From Podarcis bocagei (Eukaryota), in NCBI GenBank assembly GCA_964188305.1, contig OZ076885.1: a stretch of 64,000 bases of DNA; one strand, 5' to 3'. The position numbers were made by a program, and so were the translations under genes. The first letter of the stretch is position 1. The number at the start of each line of letters is the position of its first letter. The notes under the pieces are model-generated. The model did no database searches, was not told the origin of the DNA, and saw only the letters and a list, made by a program, of their open reading frames with translations. This document shows, in pieces, positions 39,778 through 52,588 of the stretch.

Positions 39778-40609
39778 CAAAAACCCACCAAGCTGCCAAA
39801 GTTGTTAAAAATGAAAACGGGGCATGCCTTGTTAAGAATACCTTAACAAAAATGCAGGATAAATGCATCTCGAGGGTTAATAATCCATATATCATTTCCC
39901 CTGGTATTCCTAATTCCAATATTTCATGCCACCAGCGCATTTTACTGTGCTACTGCAGCTGCTGATGACATACTTCAAAACTTTGCAGTGGCCCACACAG
40001 GGAATGGACGGTGAAGTGATCGCATGGCCAAGCCACATCAATGCAACTTGCATCTTGCCACTTAAACAATGGCCATGCAAAATTGGCCCAAAAACTAATG
40101 TTGGGAGGACAAGCATTTCTCCAAAAGGGGGTCAGCATAGAACATCCTGTGTGGCAGGATCAATATGTCCCGTCCTCCTGATCAGAAATTAAAGGCTAGA
40201 GGCTGATAGTCTGTAAGATGGTATACAGACCAGTTCTCAGGGTGGGGGTTTGTGTACTTGGATTGTTTTTATTTATTATTGCTTGTCACACTTTATATTG
40301 ACCTCTGCCACCTTGTAGGACATGTTCTACAAGGCATTTATTTATTAAATAAAGAAGAGAAGCAGGAAGAATCCAGAACAGTCGCTTAAAACAAGGAGGT
40401 GTGAGGTTTATTGACCTCCAAGATTCTACAGGAGGAGGACTAGCTGGCTTGGAAGAAGAACAAGGATGAATTCATCATGAGCCCATCTTAACATGCCAGC
40501 ACATTCAAGTTACGCTCTGCATTGAACTACCTCTGACTTGGACTTCTTGGAACGATTGCCCCTATATAAGGGGCTGCAAAGTGGGAAATCAACGTGAGGG
40601 CGTTCAAAC

Positions 40610-40830
40610 GTACCTCTGGTTAAGAACTTAATTCATTCTGGAGGTCTGCTCTTAACCTGAAACTGTTCTTAACCTGAGGTACCACTTTAGCTAATGGGGC
40701 CTCCCGCTGCTGCTGCACTGCCACCGTGTGATTTCTGTTCTCATCCTGAAGCAAAGTTCTTAACCCAAGGTACTATTTCTGGGTTAGCAGAGTCTGTAAC
40801 CTGAAGCATCTGTAACCCGAGGTACCACTG
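40610..40830. mobile_element. Tc1/mariner-pogo-type MITE, family A copy 4 (left TIR truncated)
   Basis: Interior matches copies 1 and 2. Right TIR CCCGAGGTACCACTG is intact and the left end starts at GTACCTC. Confidence 0.85.
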
Positions 40831-41646
40831 CACTGTGTAAAACAGTTACACCCCCCTAGCCATCTAAAGAGTATATTAGGGGGAGAGCCAAGAGACTACT
40901 GGCACAATATTGTACCACTGTGAGAGGAACAGAAACGGTATTTTTAATCCGTTTACTCTTCCGAATCCTATGAAACGACTACAACTGGCAACTTTTCCGG
41001 CAGCATCTGAAGGCCCAAACTTTGAGATCTTTACTCAGCCCTATCGTTGGCAAACCCTCAATTTATTTCAGAGATTTGGCACAGCTTCTTTCACATGTCA
41101 TATCGCTCTGCCAACATCCTGTAAAGAATTTCTTTTGGCACTTCACTATCCTTTGCTTCTTCACAGGGATGTAACTAGGCTTAAATGGTCCCTGCTGCAC
41201 AGAATGGAAGTGGGCCTCATGGCTGCCAACTCTGTATGCTTGTGAGGTCTGGAAAACCTCCACCACCTGCACGTATTGTATATATGATTTGAGGCTGCCC
41301 TAAGTCACTTTGCTGCCCGAGGCAGAAGGCAAGATGGCGTCCCGTCCCACTTCATCTGCAGAAGCTAACCCAACTGGGAGTTGAATCTTCCTTTGAGAGC
41401 ATAAGAACATAAGACGGACCTGCTGAATCAGGCCAAAGCATCCAATCTAGTCCAGCATCCTGTTCTAACAGCAGTCAGTGAGAAGGCCACAGGCAGGAAC
41501 AGAGTGAAACAACCACCCCTCAGAAGCATATTGCTCCCTAACTGTGGAGGCAGAACATAGCCATCAGGACCCTTAAATTGCCTAATGCCCTTTTAAAGCC
41601 AACCCAGTTAATGGTCATCCCTGCCTGTCATGGGAAGGAATTCTCT

Positions 41647-41790
41647 GGGATAGCTCAGATAGTACAGCATGAAACTCTTAATCTCAGGTTCATGAGTTCG
41701 AGCCCCATGTTGGGCAAAATATCCCTACATTGTTGGGGATTGGACTAGATGGTCCTTATGGACCCTTCCAACTCCACAATTCTATGATCT
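41647..41790 (+). mobile_element. tRNA(Lys)-like-headed SINE with CR1-type tail
   Basis: GGGATAGCTCAG...ACTCTTAATCTCAGG...GTTCGAGCCCCA head and GGACTAGATG...CCCTTCCAACTC..AATTCTATGAT tail. Confidence 0.8.
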
Positions 41791-41911
41791 TTGATCCACT
41801 GTGTGCTGCATGAAGAAGTATTTCCAACACTTAGCTGCATAGCCACAAGTTCTAGTGTTATGACAGAGGGAGAATAGGCAGTTCTCTAACCACTTTCACC
41901 ATACTGTACAT

Positions 41912-42132
41912 GATTTATTTATTTATTAGCCACCTTTTTCTTCCAATGAGCTCAAGGTGGTGTAAATAGTTCTTGTCCTCTCCATTTCATCCTCTCAACA
42001 ACCCCATGAGATAGGTCTGAGAGTTGGTGACTGGCCCAAGGTCACCCAGTGAGCTTCAAGGCTGAGTGAGGATTCAAACCCCGCTCTCCCAGGTCCTAGT
42101 CCAACATTCAAACCCTTATGCCACACTGGCTC
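41912..42132 (-). mobile_element. MIR/CORE-like tRNA-derived SINE
   Basis: (TTTA)n tail, CCCAAGGTCACCCAGTGAGCTTCA core and GGATTCAAACCC B-box on the minus strand. Confidence 0.7.
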
Positions 42133-42699
42133 ATTGTATACATGACTGTCATGTTGCCTCTTACTCTAAGCCCCAAAAGTTTTAACGCTTTCTCGTAGAA
42201 GAGTTGCTCTATCCCCTTGAACATGCTAGTTGCTCTTTTCTGAAGATGGTGAACTTGGACTCTGGTGACGGCACCTGCAGCCACCAGGCCAGTTCACATG
42301 ACACTCACAGCCTGGATCTCCAGCATCTCCATGCCACCCCTTGCAACCACCAGCAACATTTGTGGCCTGAGGGAACTGTCACACTCTGTCTAATGGGAGA
42401 GGTGGTCCTGCATCTATTTGCTTACTAAACAGAGAGTCAGTCCCCATGCTCCATTCCTCTGGGGAATACTTAGGATTTTTAAGTATACACCTGAAAAAGG
42501 AAAGTATCCATGCAGAGGATTTGAAAACAGGGATGCATAAAAGAGCTGAGATTGCATCCAGCTTCTTGCTGGGTTTGTGACAAGTGGCAAGACCAAGTTG
42601 GTTGCTATCTAATAGCTAAAATGGCCCAGATATGGATGTTCTTGCATCAGAAAGCTCAGAGTCTCATCCCAGCGCTGACCAAGCTCAGATCTGACTCAC

Positions 42700-42813
42700 T
42701 TTAACAGCATCACATGAGCCCAGTGATTAGCCCCTCCCTCTCCATTTTCCTCCGAAGAGGTGCCAGCTATCCATATGGCATCTGCTCCAAAGCCATCCCA
42801 TTGACAGGCTGCC
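42700..42813 (-). other. Candidate internal exon (114 nt), probably non-coding or UTR
   Basis: Minus-strand acceptor CCTGTTTATTCCAG and donor AAA|GTGAGT. One frame is open but the peptide is not recognisable. Confidence 0.3.
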
Positions 42814-43160
42814 CTGGAATAAACAGGCTCTGGAATGCCCCCACATGACGTCAACGGGACTACTCCAGAGCAAGCGGCTCGAGGATTGCAGCACAAGAAT
42901 AGAAACAATATGTAAGCAGATGGAAATGTTAGCACTGCCAGGGATGACAGCTCACGAGCATGCATCACACATTGGTGAAATAATGAAAAATGGGTGGGCA
43001 GTTGTTATGCTAACTTCATGCTGCCCGTTATGTTTTTCTGACTCCAAAATCTGCTAGAGAACTGAGGGGGAACATGCTTGTTGCTTCTCAAGAGATATTT
43101 TCAGCTAAGCAGAGCAGCCAGAGTAAGGATTCTTTCTGGCTTGTGGGTGGAGGACAGACG

Positions 43161-43163
<3 letters not shown>

Positions 43164-43222
<59 letters not shown>

Positions 43223-43250
43223 CTCTCTCTCTCACGCACACACTCACTCA
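43164..43250. repeat. Compound microsatellite (TA)n(CA)n(CT)n
   Basis: Directly visible. Confidence 0.95.
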
Positions 43251-43654
43251 TCAGAGCCTGTCTTAAGGGAATGTGGCAGATCCAATGAAAAGCGCTCAAA
43301 ATTTGGGATGCTGTCAGTGGCAAAGGACAAAAAAAGTCACCCTTGTGGGTGAAACAGTCCGAGTCCCCTTGGACTTTAGCTGTGAGAGTAATACGAAGCT
43401 CCCTTTATATGTCGATGCTATGTCCTCCACTGGGAAATAAATCTCAGTCAATCAAAGCTACAACCTCCAGTGGGAAATAAATATCAGCCAACCCAGGTAT
43501 TTAATCTTAACAGGGCTGGTGGAGCAGGATCCTCGAAACACACACATTCATTTTGTTTATCATAGGGTTGAGCTGCACATGTCATTTTCGTCATGTGGCA
43601 GGTGCAGCATGAAGTGGCGACTGGCCACAGATAACTCCACTGGCAAAAGAGATC

Positions 43655-43820
43655 TGGAAGATCATGGGTCCCTCCAGCTCAGTCTGGTCTGCATTGACTG
43701 ACAGCGGCTCTTCAGGGTTTCAGGCAGGGCACATTTCCAGCCCTACTTGGAGAGGCAGAGGATTGAGCCAGGGGTCTCTTGCATGGAAAACAGATGCTCT
43801 AATACTAAGCTGCAGCCCTT
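43655..43820 (-). mobile_element. tRNA-derived SINE (same family as 12494-12682)
   Basis: Reverse complement similarity: GACTGACAGCGGCTCTTCAGGGTTTCAGGCAG and CAGATGCTCTA..ACTAAGCT. Confidence 0.65.
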
Positions 43821-46800
43821 CTTGGCCATTGTATCGGAAATGCAATGGCCAAGATCCAGAGCACCTGTGAAGGCAAATATAGTGACCACAAGAGGGCTTC
43901 TTAGCCTTCTTTCCTTAAGCATCAGTATATCCATATCCCACTGAGGAACAGATGGGAGTTTTAAACAGAGGCAAGTTTTTAGAAGAAGCCTGTAATATAG
44001 AAGAAAGAGTTTAAAAAGAGAACAATATATACTAGGCTACTGCTATCAATTCACAAAGGGCTAGTTTTCATGTCCATCTCCATCACTTAATCACTGGGCT
44101 GTACCTGCACTCTTTTTCAGTGCTTCTCCTCATGCATAGCCTGAGGCTGAGGCGAGATTGCACATAGGGACCGTCCCCTCTGAGCACCGGGTGAAAGGGG
44201 CCTTCTTTACACTGCTCTATTTGCCTTGAATCTGAATGTGCCCAGTTCCCACATTCAGATGAAAAGCCTATGCAGGAGTGGGAATATGCTGCAGAAGCTT
44301 CCTTCAGACCTTCAACCAAACTCACAGAAGTTGCGAAGACGGGGCCAATCCACCTGTTCCGTCTACACATGAACAGATGGTCTGAAAGGGCTTCAGATGA
44401 CTAAAGCATATGTGAACTGTGGGAAACATTATTTGTGGGAGGCGGCTGCTATGGAAGTGCATAGCTCGCCCCGTTTTCTGGCAGACGTGCGATCTTCCCC
44501 GGCTGAGAAGAGGGGAAACCCATTCTTCCTACTTTCAAACTAGGAGCAGTACATGGTGCTGATTGGTTGGCCTTAAGAAGAAATCGGCGATGTATGTAGG
44601 AGGAAAACCAACTACAGTAGGGGAAGGATGACATGTTTGAAGTTCTGTACAAGCATGTGTGAACCAGCCTTTAAACTACAGTGCATGGGTGCATACTTGG
44701 AAAGTGGCGGACTGTCCTTCATTGGAGGTTTTTAAACAGAGGCTGGGATTTCCTGAATCAGGATTTCCTGAATCAGCAGTGAGTTGGACCAGATGAGCTT
44801 TGAGACCCATTCCTGAACTAGGATTCCCATACTGATAAAATACTGATAAAATCACAGTGTCCATGTACCAACTTGGTAATCCAGCTGTCCCTCCTGCATG
44901 TGGAGGAGGATTTTACTGCCCAGGTATGGAAATACAGTAAAAATTATCATTGCCTAGCAAGACGTTATAAATGATTCCCTTCCCATGTGGTGCACTGCTG
45001 TGCTACGTGCAGAGTGTGATAAAATACCCCTTGGTACATAGTCTCAATATTTCTCCTAAGAGGCAAATCTAAAGCACTGAAACAGCAAATACTTGCTCCT
45101 CCTCATTATGGTTTGTGATATTGTATTGGCAATGCAATTGAAACATCTTGACTTAAGATTGCATGGGCTAATTGTAAAGGAGTTAGCTGTAAGGAATACT
45201 TGCATATTGATAATCAACAAGTTGTGTTCTCAAGTTACTCTGCTTAGGAATTGATTTCTAAAACTACAGCCCCTTTCTTCAGAAGTACTGGAGTCAGTAG
45301 GATGACTTGAGTATGTGGATGTGAGGGCAATTTGGCTGTGACATCGGCCACCCCATTGAGTAGAACTTGTTTCTGATCATAGCCCTAATCACTCTCACTC
45401 CCAAATAAGTTTCACAGAAAGCAGAGGCAAAGAGTTAAACACAGTAAAGGATAACAGCTTACTTTCCTCACAGAATATGAAAAAGTTGGCAGGACCCATC
45501 ATTCCATTGCTATGCTTGGTTCTATTTATTGTTGGCAAGTAGATGTTGCAGATCATGCTTTGTCAACCAGCTGCATCCCATATATTTTGGACTGCAACTT
45601 CCATCCGTCCCAGCTGTATGATGTTGGGGCTCATGTGAGTTACAGTCCAAAACATCTGGAGGGCACCAGGTTGGAGAAGCCTGCTGTAGACACTGAAGCC
45701 GTTTGATTTATCTACACTAGCCTCATGTAGATGCCTTATTTTAAGGCAAGGATGGCCAAGAAGTGGCACCTTAGAATTACCTGGCCCCTGAAACTGCTTT
45801 ACGTGGCCCCTGGCCCACCCTGCCAAATTTTGATCATTATGATCAAAAGGCGGCACCCAGTTTTGCTCTAAAAGGGAATTCTTAATGCAAAACCACTCTT
45901 TGGTATTCTGTATATAACACGTGTAGCATAATAATGTGCATCTTTCTATGTAGAACTATGCCTGAGCACACAGCTTTGAAGCACTTACTGCTATAGCATT
46001 CCAACTTTATGACTGAGTCTGGGCATTGCATGTGCATGGGTGAAAATCCACTTACTGTCCTTGGACTATTTAAAATAGTGTTCCAGGGAAGCCTGGATTG
46101 TGTGAAAGCTCATTAGAGGTGCCCCAGAGAAGTCAGAAATGGTGGGCAAGCATCCCTAGACTACCAACCTTTCCTTGCATTGTGCAGCCATAGGGGAGCA
46201 CTGGACAGGTTCTATGGTGGACTCTTAGGCATAGAACCTAAGGCAACGGTGAGATTTAGCTTCAGGCCCATTGCTAGATCCCTGAAAGACTCAGCACACA
46301 GGACCATGTCCACATTTAAAGCACACAGCCTCCCCCAGTTAATCCTGAGAACTATAGTTTGTTAAGGGTGCTGGGAACTGCAGCTCTGTGAGGGGTAAAC
46401 TCAGGATTCCCATAATTCTTTGGGGGCACTTAAGTATTTTAAATGTGCATTAAATGCATGGTGTAGGAAGACCTGGGTTCAAATCCTGATTCAGCCACAA
46501 ACTCCAAGTTAGGCTTAATTTTAACTGGGCTCATAATGGCTACATCTTACAACCTGTTTTCAAGGGCAGGGTCTCTATTGCACAGCCTGCAAAGTAACCA
46601 GTACATTTTTTTCCCAACTACCAAGGCAAACACATCCGGAATTAGTGTTAAGAGCTAAGGGGGGAGGGGTTTTTCTTCCAGGCACGCTTGAGTCTCACTA
46701 CATCTAGGTTTAGAAAGCTATGACTACTGTCTTTGGGCAAATCACTCTCTTGCACCCTCATCTGCAAAGTGGCCATGTTGATGACTTATCTCAGGGGACT

Positions 46801-46831
46801 TATATATATATATATGGTGAGGATTCCCACA

Positions 46832-46955
46832 CCTGGCCATAGCCAAGGGAGGGCAGATGCCCCCCTAAATCAATAAAAAACACTTAAGTAACTGAAGTTC
46901 TCTGCTCCAAAAAATAAGCTTGCCCCCCTCAACAAAAATCCACGTTACGGCCATG
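46832..46955. mobile_element. hAT-type MITE (same family as 54827-54941)
   Basis: Shares GCCAAGGGAGG, AATCAATAAAAA and CAACAAAAATCC blocks with the 54827 copy. No clear TSD. Confidence 0.6.
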
Positions 46956-47089
46956 CAGGCAAGTGTTCCACAACACTATAGGCATGCTAGAAATGAACGC
47001 CTCACACCACCTACCCCAAGGCTGGCCTGGCTTTAGCACCAATCCTATTTCTCTACCCAGAAACTCCTTTCTGGACAACTTTGTTCGTG

Positions 47090-50000
47090 AAACCAGTTTA
47101 TGTCGCGGCCACAAGGACCTGCTCAACCAGAAGCCACCGCGGCAGATCTTTAGCTTGGAAAGGATCTCCCCGTCCAACACACACACACACACACGTGTTC
47201 CTTGAGCTGCACAGCCCTCTCTACGCCATTGCCTCGGTCCATCTGCCCACCAAATGCGTAACTCCGCTCAGATCCCCCTTAGCAACCGAGGCAGGTTCTC
47301 CACCCCACCACGCACCGCAGCCTGGACGGCTCCTCTCCCCGTTGGCGAAAGTCACAGTACTGACTTCCCTCGCTCCTGCGGGCGCCAATTGGAACTCGGA
47401 AGAGCAGGGGCTCAAGCGAGAGGCAGGAAGGCGCGCGGCGCCTTTAAGGGCTCCCTCCGCATCCTCCCTCTCTCGCTCTCCGCCAATCTCCGCCCGAGAG
47501 CTCTCAGCCCCGCCGATCCGTATTTAAAGGCGCGCCATCTGGGCAGGTGGGAGGTGCGAGTGATGCCGCCGCTGCCTCGGAGTTCCTTTGCAGCACGTTT
47601 GGGATTGCATCAGACCGAGCAGAAATCCCCCCTCCAGCGCCTTGGCCGGCCCGCTCCGCCTCCTCCTCCTCCGGAAGGCGAGCTCCAAATCCGAACGAGG
47701 CGCTCCTCTCCCCGCAGGCTCCGCTTGGAGCGCCTCTGGGGACCCCGGGGTAGCTTCCTCCTCCTCCTCCTCTCCTCCGGCAGCGGGATCCCACCCGGGT
47801 CCCCCGCCCCTACACACCTCGACTTCCGACCCGTGCGTGGGAGGCCGCTCTGTATCCTTACTCCCCCGCCCCAAGCCACACCCTTTTGCGAAATCCTCTC
47901 TTCCCTCCCCCTGCCTGCCTGCCTGCTTGGGATTCTCCCTTCTTCCCTGAGCTACGTGATCGCAATCGCGCCGGAGGAGACACTCGCGGCCCGAGGAGCT
48001 GCGCTGGGAAGCGGGTGGGAGGAGGAGGAGGAGGTGGAGGAGGGAAGGCGAAGCCAAGGAAGATCGCCAGGCAGGCAGGCAGCAGCGCGTTGCAGCCAGC
48101 TAAAGCCGGCCGAGCAGCCCCGGGAACAAAGAGCGAGGCCGGCGAGATGGGATCTCTCTCTCTCTCCAGGACGCAGCAGAACCTGCGATGGGGAGCGAAA
48201 GGGACAGGGGAAAGCAAGGGCCGGATCCAGCACCAACAGTCCAGCACACCCTTGTTAGTTTCAGCTCGGGGCGATGGCCGAGCGTTGCTTTGGGGGAAGG
48301 CAGCGGAGCGGCTGTCCCTGGTTTCTCGTGCAGGCTCCCGCTTCTCTTAAAGCCATCGCGCGCCTCCTTGGTTTGTAACACCTGGCCAGGCTGGCGGTGG
48401 GTGAAGAGGCCGCTCTTCGCCGGGGGTTTCCTGCCTTTTCCCGTAAAGCCTAGCTCGCCTGCCTCCCACTTTGCTTTCTGCGGATGAAGATTCCCATTCC
48501 CTCCTTGTCCCTACCCGGCTTCTTTCTCCACCCCCACTTCTCTGGGCACCACGCCGGACGGACGGATTTGAGGCTGGATCGGATCTCCGCTCTCAGCTAG
48601 GATCCTTGCAATGGGCAGAGGGGGGTTTCAAGGGAGCGGGGAGACGATGACGACTTAAGAAGGGGAAAGATAGAAATCAGGGATGAGACGCCCCATCACC
48701 GCCGCGCGCAAAGCAAGCACCTCTCTCTCTACCTGTGAGCAGCAGCAGCAGAAGCACCCGCTGCTCCAAACTGCTGACTTTCCACAGCTTATTTTTAGCC
48801 TGGAGACTAAATATTATTAGCTACATTTCTACGTAGGAAGAATCGACAGAGGAAAGGGGAGGGGAGAGAGAATGGAAGGGAAGGAGGGGGGGGGAATAAA
48901 ACACAGGAGCAGGAAGACTGCAAGAGAATGGAGTTTCCGCTGCGTTGATACGTTGGAGGGTTTAGAAACACCCCGCTGGAGAGAAAAAATAAAACTGGCA
49001 ACTAAAGTACCACAGAGAGCCGCTTTTGGAGAAGGCACCACACGTGAATGCAAGCGAAGGTATCGTCCATGTAAACACAGGAAGGCGATCGTTTGGAGAG
49101 GAGTTTCTGGAGAGCTGACTCTCTCTCTCTCCCCCCCAAAGCGGTGACCAGCTCCTAGTAGCTTATCACTTGCCGGTGATCTCTCTGTCTTTGCGCCCAT
49201 CTCTCTCCAGAAGACACACACTATCTCGCTCTCTCTCGCACAAACACACACCCGGCAACCTGGGATCCAACCCCACGAGTTAAGCCAACTCTTGGGAGTG
49301 AGCAGTCGCGCCAGGCGCCTCTCCCTCGCCTACCTTGCCTCTCTTCCTCCGCGCGCCCAGATCGGAAATCAAGAGAGCACAAACTCGGCCAAGAGGAGCG
49401 AAGAAACCTCTCTCCCCGTCGCGGGGAGACGGAGGACGGGTGGGAAGGCGCGCACGGACACACACGCACACCGGGAAGCGAGGAGGGGGAGGCGAGAGAT
49501 CGGCGCCCTTTCCTTACCTTTAGTCACCGCTAACCCACAACCCGTGGCGAGCTCTTTCAGAAGCAGCGCACTCGCATCTCCCAGAGTTGACCCGACCCGT
49601 CGGGGCCAAGCGCCGGAGCTGCTCGCTCTCGCTCTCTGCCTTGCACTCCCCGCCGCTAGGAATCCGAGTCAATGTCAGCCCAGAAACCGGGACGCAGTTG
49701 AAACTGTGACGGGAGAGGGTTTGCTCCGTCTCTTTCTCTCTGCCTCTGTCTCCCTCTCCCTCCTCCTAGCCAGATCTTATCAGTGTGAGGGGAGGTCCAC
49801 CCTAGCCGCCTTTTAAGAGCTCCGGGATTCGCTCCGGAGGGGAGACAGATACCTGGGGTGCCAAACCCATTGCCTCTCTCCAAGGTACTGATCGACACCC
49901 CCTCCTCCTCCCTCCTCCCCACCCCTTTCTCCTCAACGCCCCAGGAAAGGTGGGGAGGGGGCGTCGAGGATGTTCACTTTCACGAAGTGTCACTTGATAC

Positions 50001-51700
50001 GGGTTTCGCCTTTTCTTTCCCTTTTCTCGGGCTCTGTCACGTGAAGCGAGCTTGGCAAAAGAGCCGGGCTGTAAATAGAAGATCACATGTTGAGTTTGCT
50101 TCACCGGGGCGGCGGGGAGCGGGGGGGGGGGGTTGGAATCACCCATTACATTATTTTATGTTTTTTGTTCTCCTGCCTCCTCCCTACAACTGTCCCCCCT
50201 CTCTCCGCCCCAAACATCCCGTTCCAATATTATTCTCCCTCCCCCCCAAGTGTCCGTGTGAAATAACAACAAACACCCTCGCCACTATCATCCTCAACAG
50301 CAGAAAGGGTGAAAGTGGATCGCGCAGCCAACAGCTTTCCCAAGGAAAAACCCCGCTCCAAGTTTCTGATACGCAGCCTTAAATCAAAAAGAGCGTTGCC
50401 ATTAAAGTTGGAGCCTCTTTAAACACACACACACACACTTCCCGCACGCACGCAATTCATCTGGCCTCTGAGACTCATATTATGCCTGGTGAAATTAAAG
50501 TGCTACCGAGTGGGGACGTCGGGGGCGAGAGGAGGGTTGAGAGATTAATAATAATAATGCTAATAATGATGATGATAGTAAGGTGAGCTGTGAACTATTG
50601 TTGTACAGCCCCAAGCTTTACTGAGATCTATCTATCCATCTTCTTTGAAATCACAAGTCTGGAAAATAACAATACCTGGTCTTGGTACTCACCATTGTTT
50701 CTTTGCTGTCCTGGCGACAGAAGTGCCTTTAAAATCCAGTCTCTCCAACAGATGCTGGGAGGTAATGTGTCTCGTTTGAAGTCATCATGTGAGAAGTTCT
50801 GCTCGGCTCAGTGGATCGCCCACCACTTGGTGTGACTTATGAATCTAATAACAACCCTTTGCAATATCCGCAAGCCTCAACTCTTCCACCACCTTGGTGG
50901 CTACAGGAAGGAAACGGAAAGCGACGGGCTGGCAGGGAGTTCTTTAAAAACCGATCTCGGATTTACGCAAACGCCTGAGCTCACAGACACGTTTTCTCTC
51001 CCCCTTTGGGTTCTTCTTCTTACGTGATCTTAATAAACGAGAAGGGGGTTGGCAACGAGACCCAGCTGGAACAATCCAGGGAAAGAAGTGGCGCGCGGGG
51101 TGGGGAGGGGGAGAGAAAACGTGTCTCTCTCTCTCGCCCCCTCCTTTTGAATTGCCTCCCTCCCGACACGTGGGGAGTGGGCTTCAAAGTTCCCCGCCAA
51201 AGTCTTCTCAGGACACCCCATAGAACGCACGCAGGGAAAGAGAGAAAAAGTCCAGCTCACTTTACCTCCCCCCACCCCGCGCCCGCTCTAACCCGTCTGG
51301 TGCGTGCAGGCGAGCAAGATGAGCCGGCTGGAGATTTGCATTTGGTGGGAGCAGGTAAGGAAGCAGCCAGCGTTTCCCTCTCTCTCTCTCTCTCTCCCCT
51401 TCCCTTGCCGTGTCACTTTCACTCTAACTGAACACACGGACGGCACTCCAGGGACTTGTTGCATCCGAGCGGAGTGGAGCCAAACAGGCGGAACTATGCA
51501 GGTGGCATGGCGAAGGGAGGACGAGAGGGAGGCAGGCAGATGGTGGATGGAGACCGGCAGACAGGTGCTCGAGGATATTTACATATACCTGCATACACAT
51601 ATGAATGGCTGGCTCGCTGATGGAGTGTGCGCGCGTGCGTGTGTGCGCATCAGGGAAGGAAGACTAAGCAACGCTCTGCGTTAATACGCATGGGTGCCTA
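47090..51700. promoter_or_regulatory. CpG island 2, probable bidirectional multi-promoter region
   Basis: High CpG/GC, GA/CT tracts, CCAAT motifs near 47385 and 47483, TATTTAAA at 47521-47528, and splice-donor motifs on both strands. Boundaries approximate. Confidence 0.85.
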
Positions 51701-52092
51701 TGGGGTTTAGGTCTAGGATCCAGGTACAGGATTGATGGCCATGCTCAGGTACGCACCCTCGCACACCTGTATAATGGTGGCGGGATGGATGGGGGTGGGA
51801 TACCTGTGTATACCCATCCGTTTTGTACCTGGATCCTAAGCTCATTTGCTGGGGAATAAGACCATGGATTTCAACGGAGCTTACTTTCAAGGAAGCATGT
51901 TGCAGTCCTATGCGCGTTTACCTGGAAGTAAGCCCTGCTGAGTTCAGTCGGGCTGATTCCCAAGTAAGGAAGTGTGCAGCAAGATTAAAGCTGTAGTTCT
52001 TCACTCCATCCTTCAACTCCAAGGACTAACCCCCTGTTCATTATAGCAAAGCATCGATCCCCTATATATCTGCCTCTTTCTCTCCCTATCAG

Positions 52093-52138
52093 GCACCTTC
52101 TGTGCTTCGGCCTTTTCTGCAATCAGTCTGCGTTCCTT
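52093..52138 (+). other. Candidate internal exon (46 nt) downstream of island 2
   Basis: Acceptor CTCTTTCTCTCCCTATCAG and donor CTT|GTGAGT. Confidence 0.3.
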
Positions 52139-52549
52139 GTGAGTGTGACACTTTGGTTCTGGACAATAGAGCTCTGGATCTTGGTCTCTCAGCTCCTCCA
52201 GAGATTAGCCCAAAGGTCCCGGGAATGCCACCGGCCCCTCTTAGCCTCAGTTGCCCAAATCTTGAAAATGGGAATGGCAGTGCCCTTTCTCACGTGTTGA
52301 ATCACATCATGAACATTGTAAAACCTGAAAAAACAACCCATACGACATAAAAAAGAACACTAGCTAGGAAAATATCCTGATCCATTTGGTTCTCTGGCAA
52401 CTCCTGCATCATCTGGCAACCATCCACTTCTGGGGTTATCAATTCCTTACACAACGGAATCATCTAGAGAAAGACACTCACGTTGCAGTTTACTCCCCAT
52501 TTCGGAAATTCGGAGAAAAGTAGCCAAAGAGTTGCAAGCCCCTAACTTG

Positions 52550-52588
52550 CAATCAATCAATCAATCAATCAATCACTAACTAACTAAC
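52550..52588. repeat. (CAAT)n then (CTAA)n microsatellite
   Basis: Directly visible. Confidence 0.9.

Larger units (their letters stand above)
41395..42220 (-). mobile_element. CR1-like LINE 3' fragment hosting two SINE insertions
   Basis: CATAAGAACATAAG terminal repeat and CTAGTCCAGCATCCTGTTCT. The host sequence resumes after each insert. Confidence 0.65.

Noticed and set aside
41647-41720. tRNA-Lys-like sequence as a true tRNA gene
   Set aside because: Diverged stems, and it continues into a CR1-like tail shared with another copy, so it is a SINE.
47254-48258. 334-aa ORF and other long overlapping ORFs in CpG island 2
   Set aside because: Low-complexity P/R/G/A/E composition, open frames on both strands, and no recognisable domain. 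This is expected from stop-codon scarcity in GC-rich DNA.
48305-48325. Possible REST/RE1 site on the minus strand
   Set aside because: Only the right half (ACCAGGGACAGC) matches. The left half is poor.
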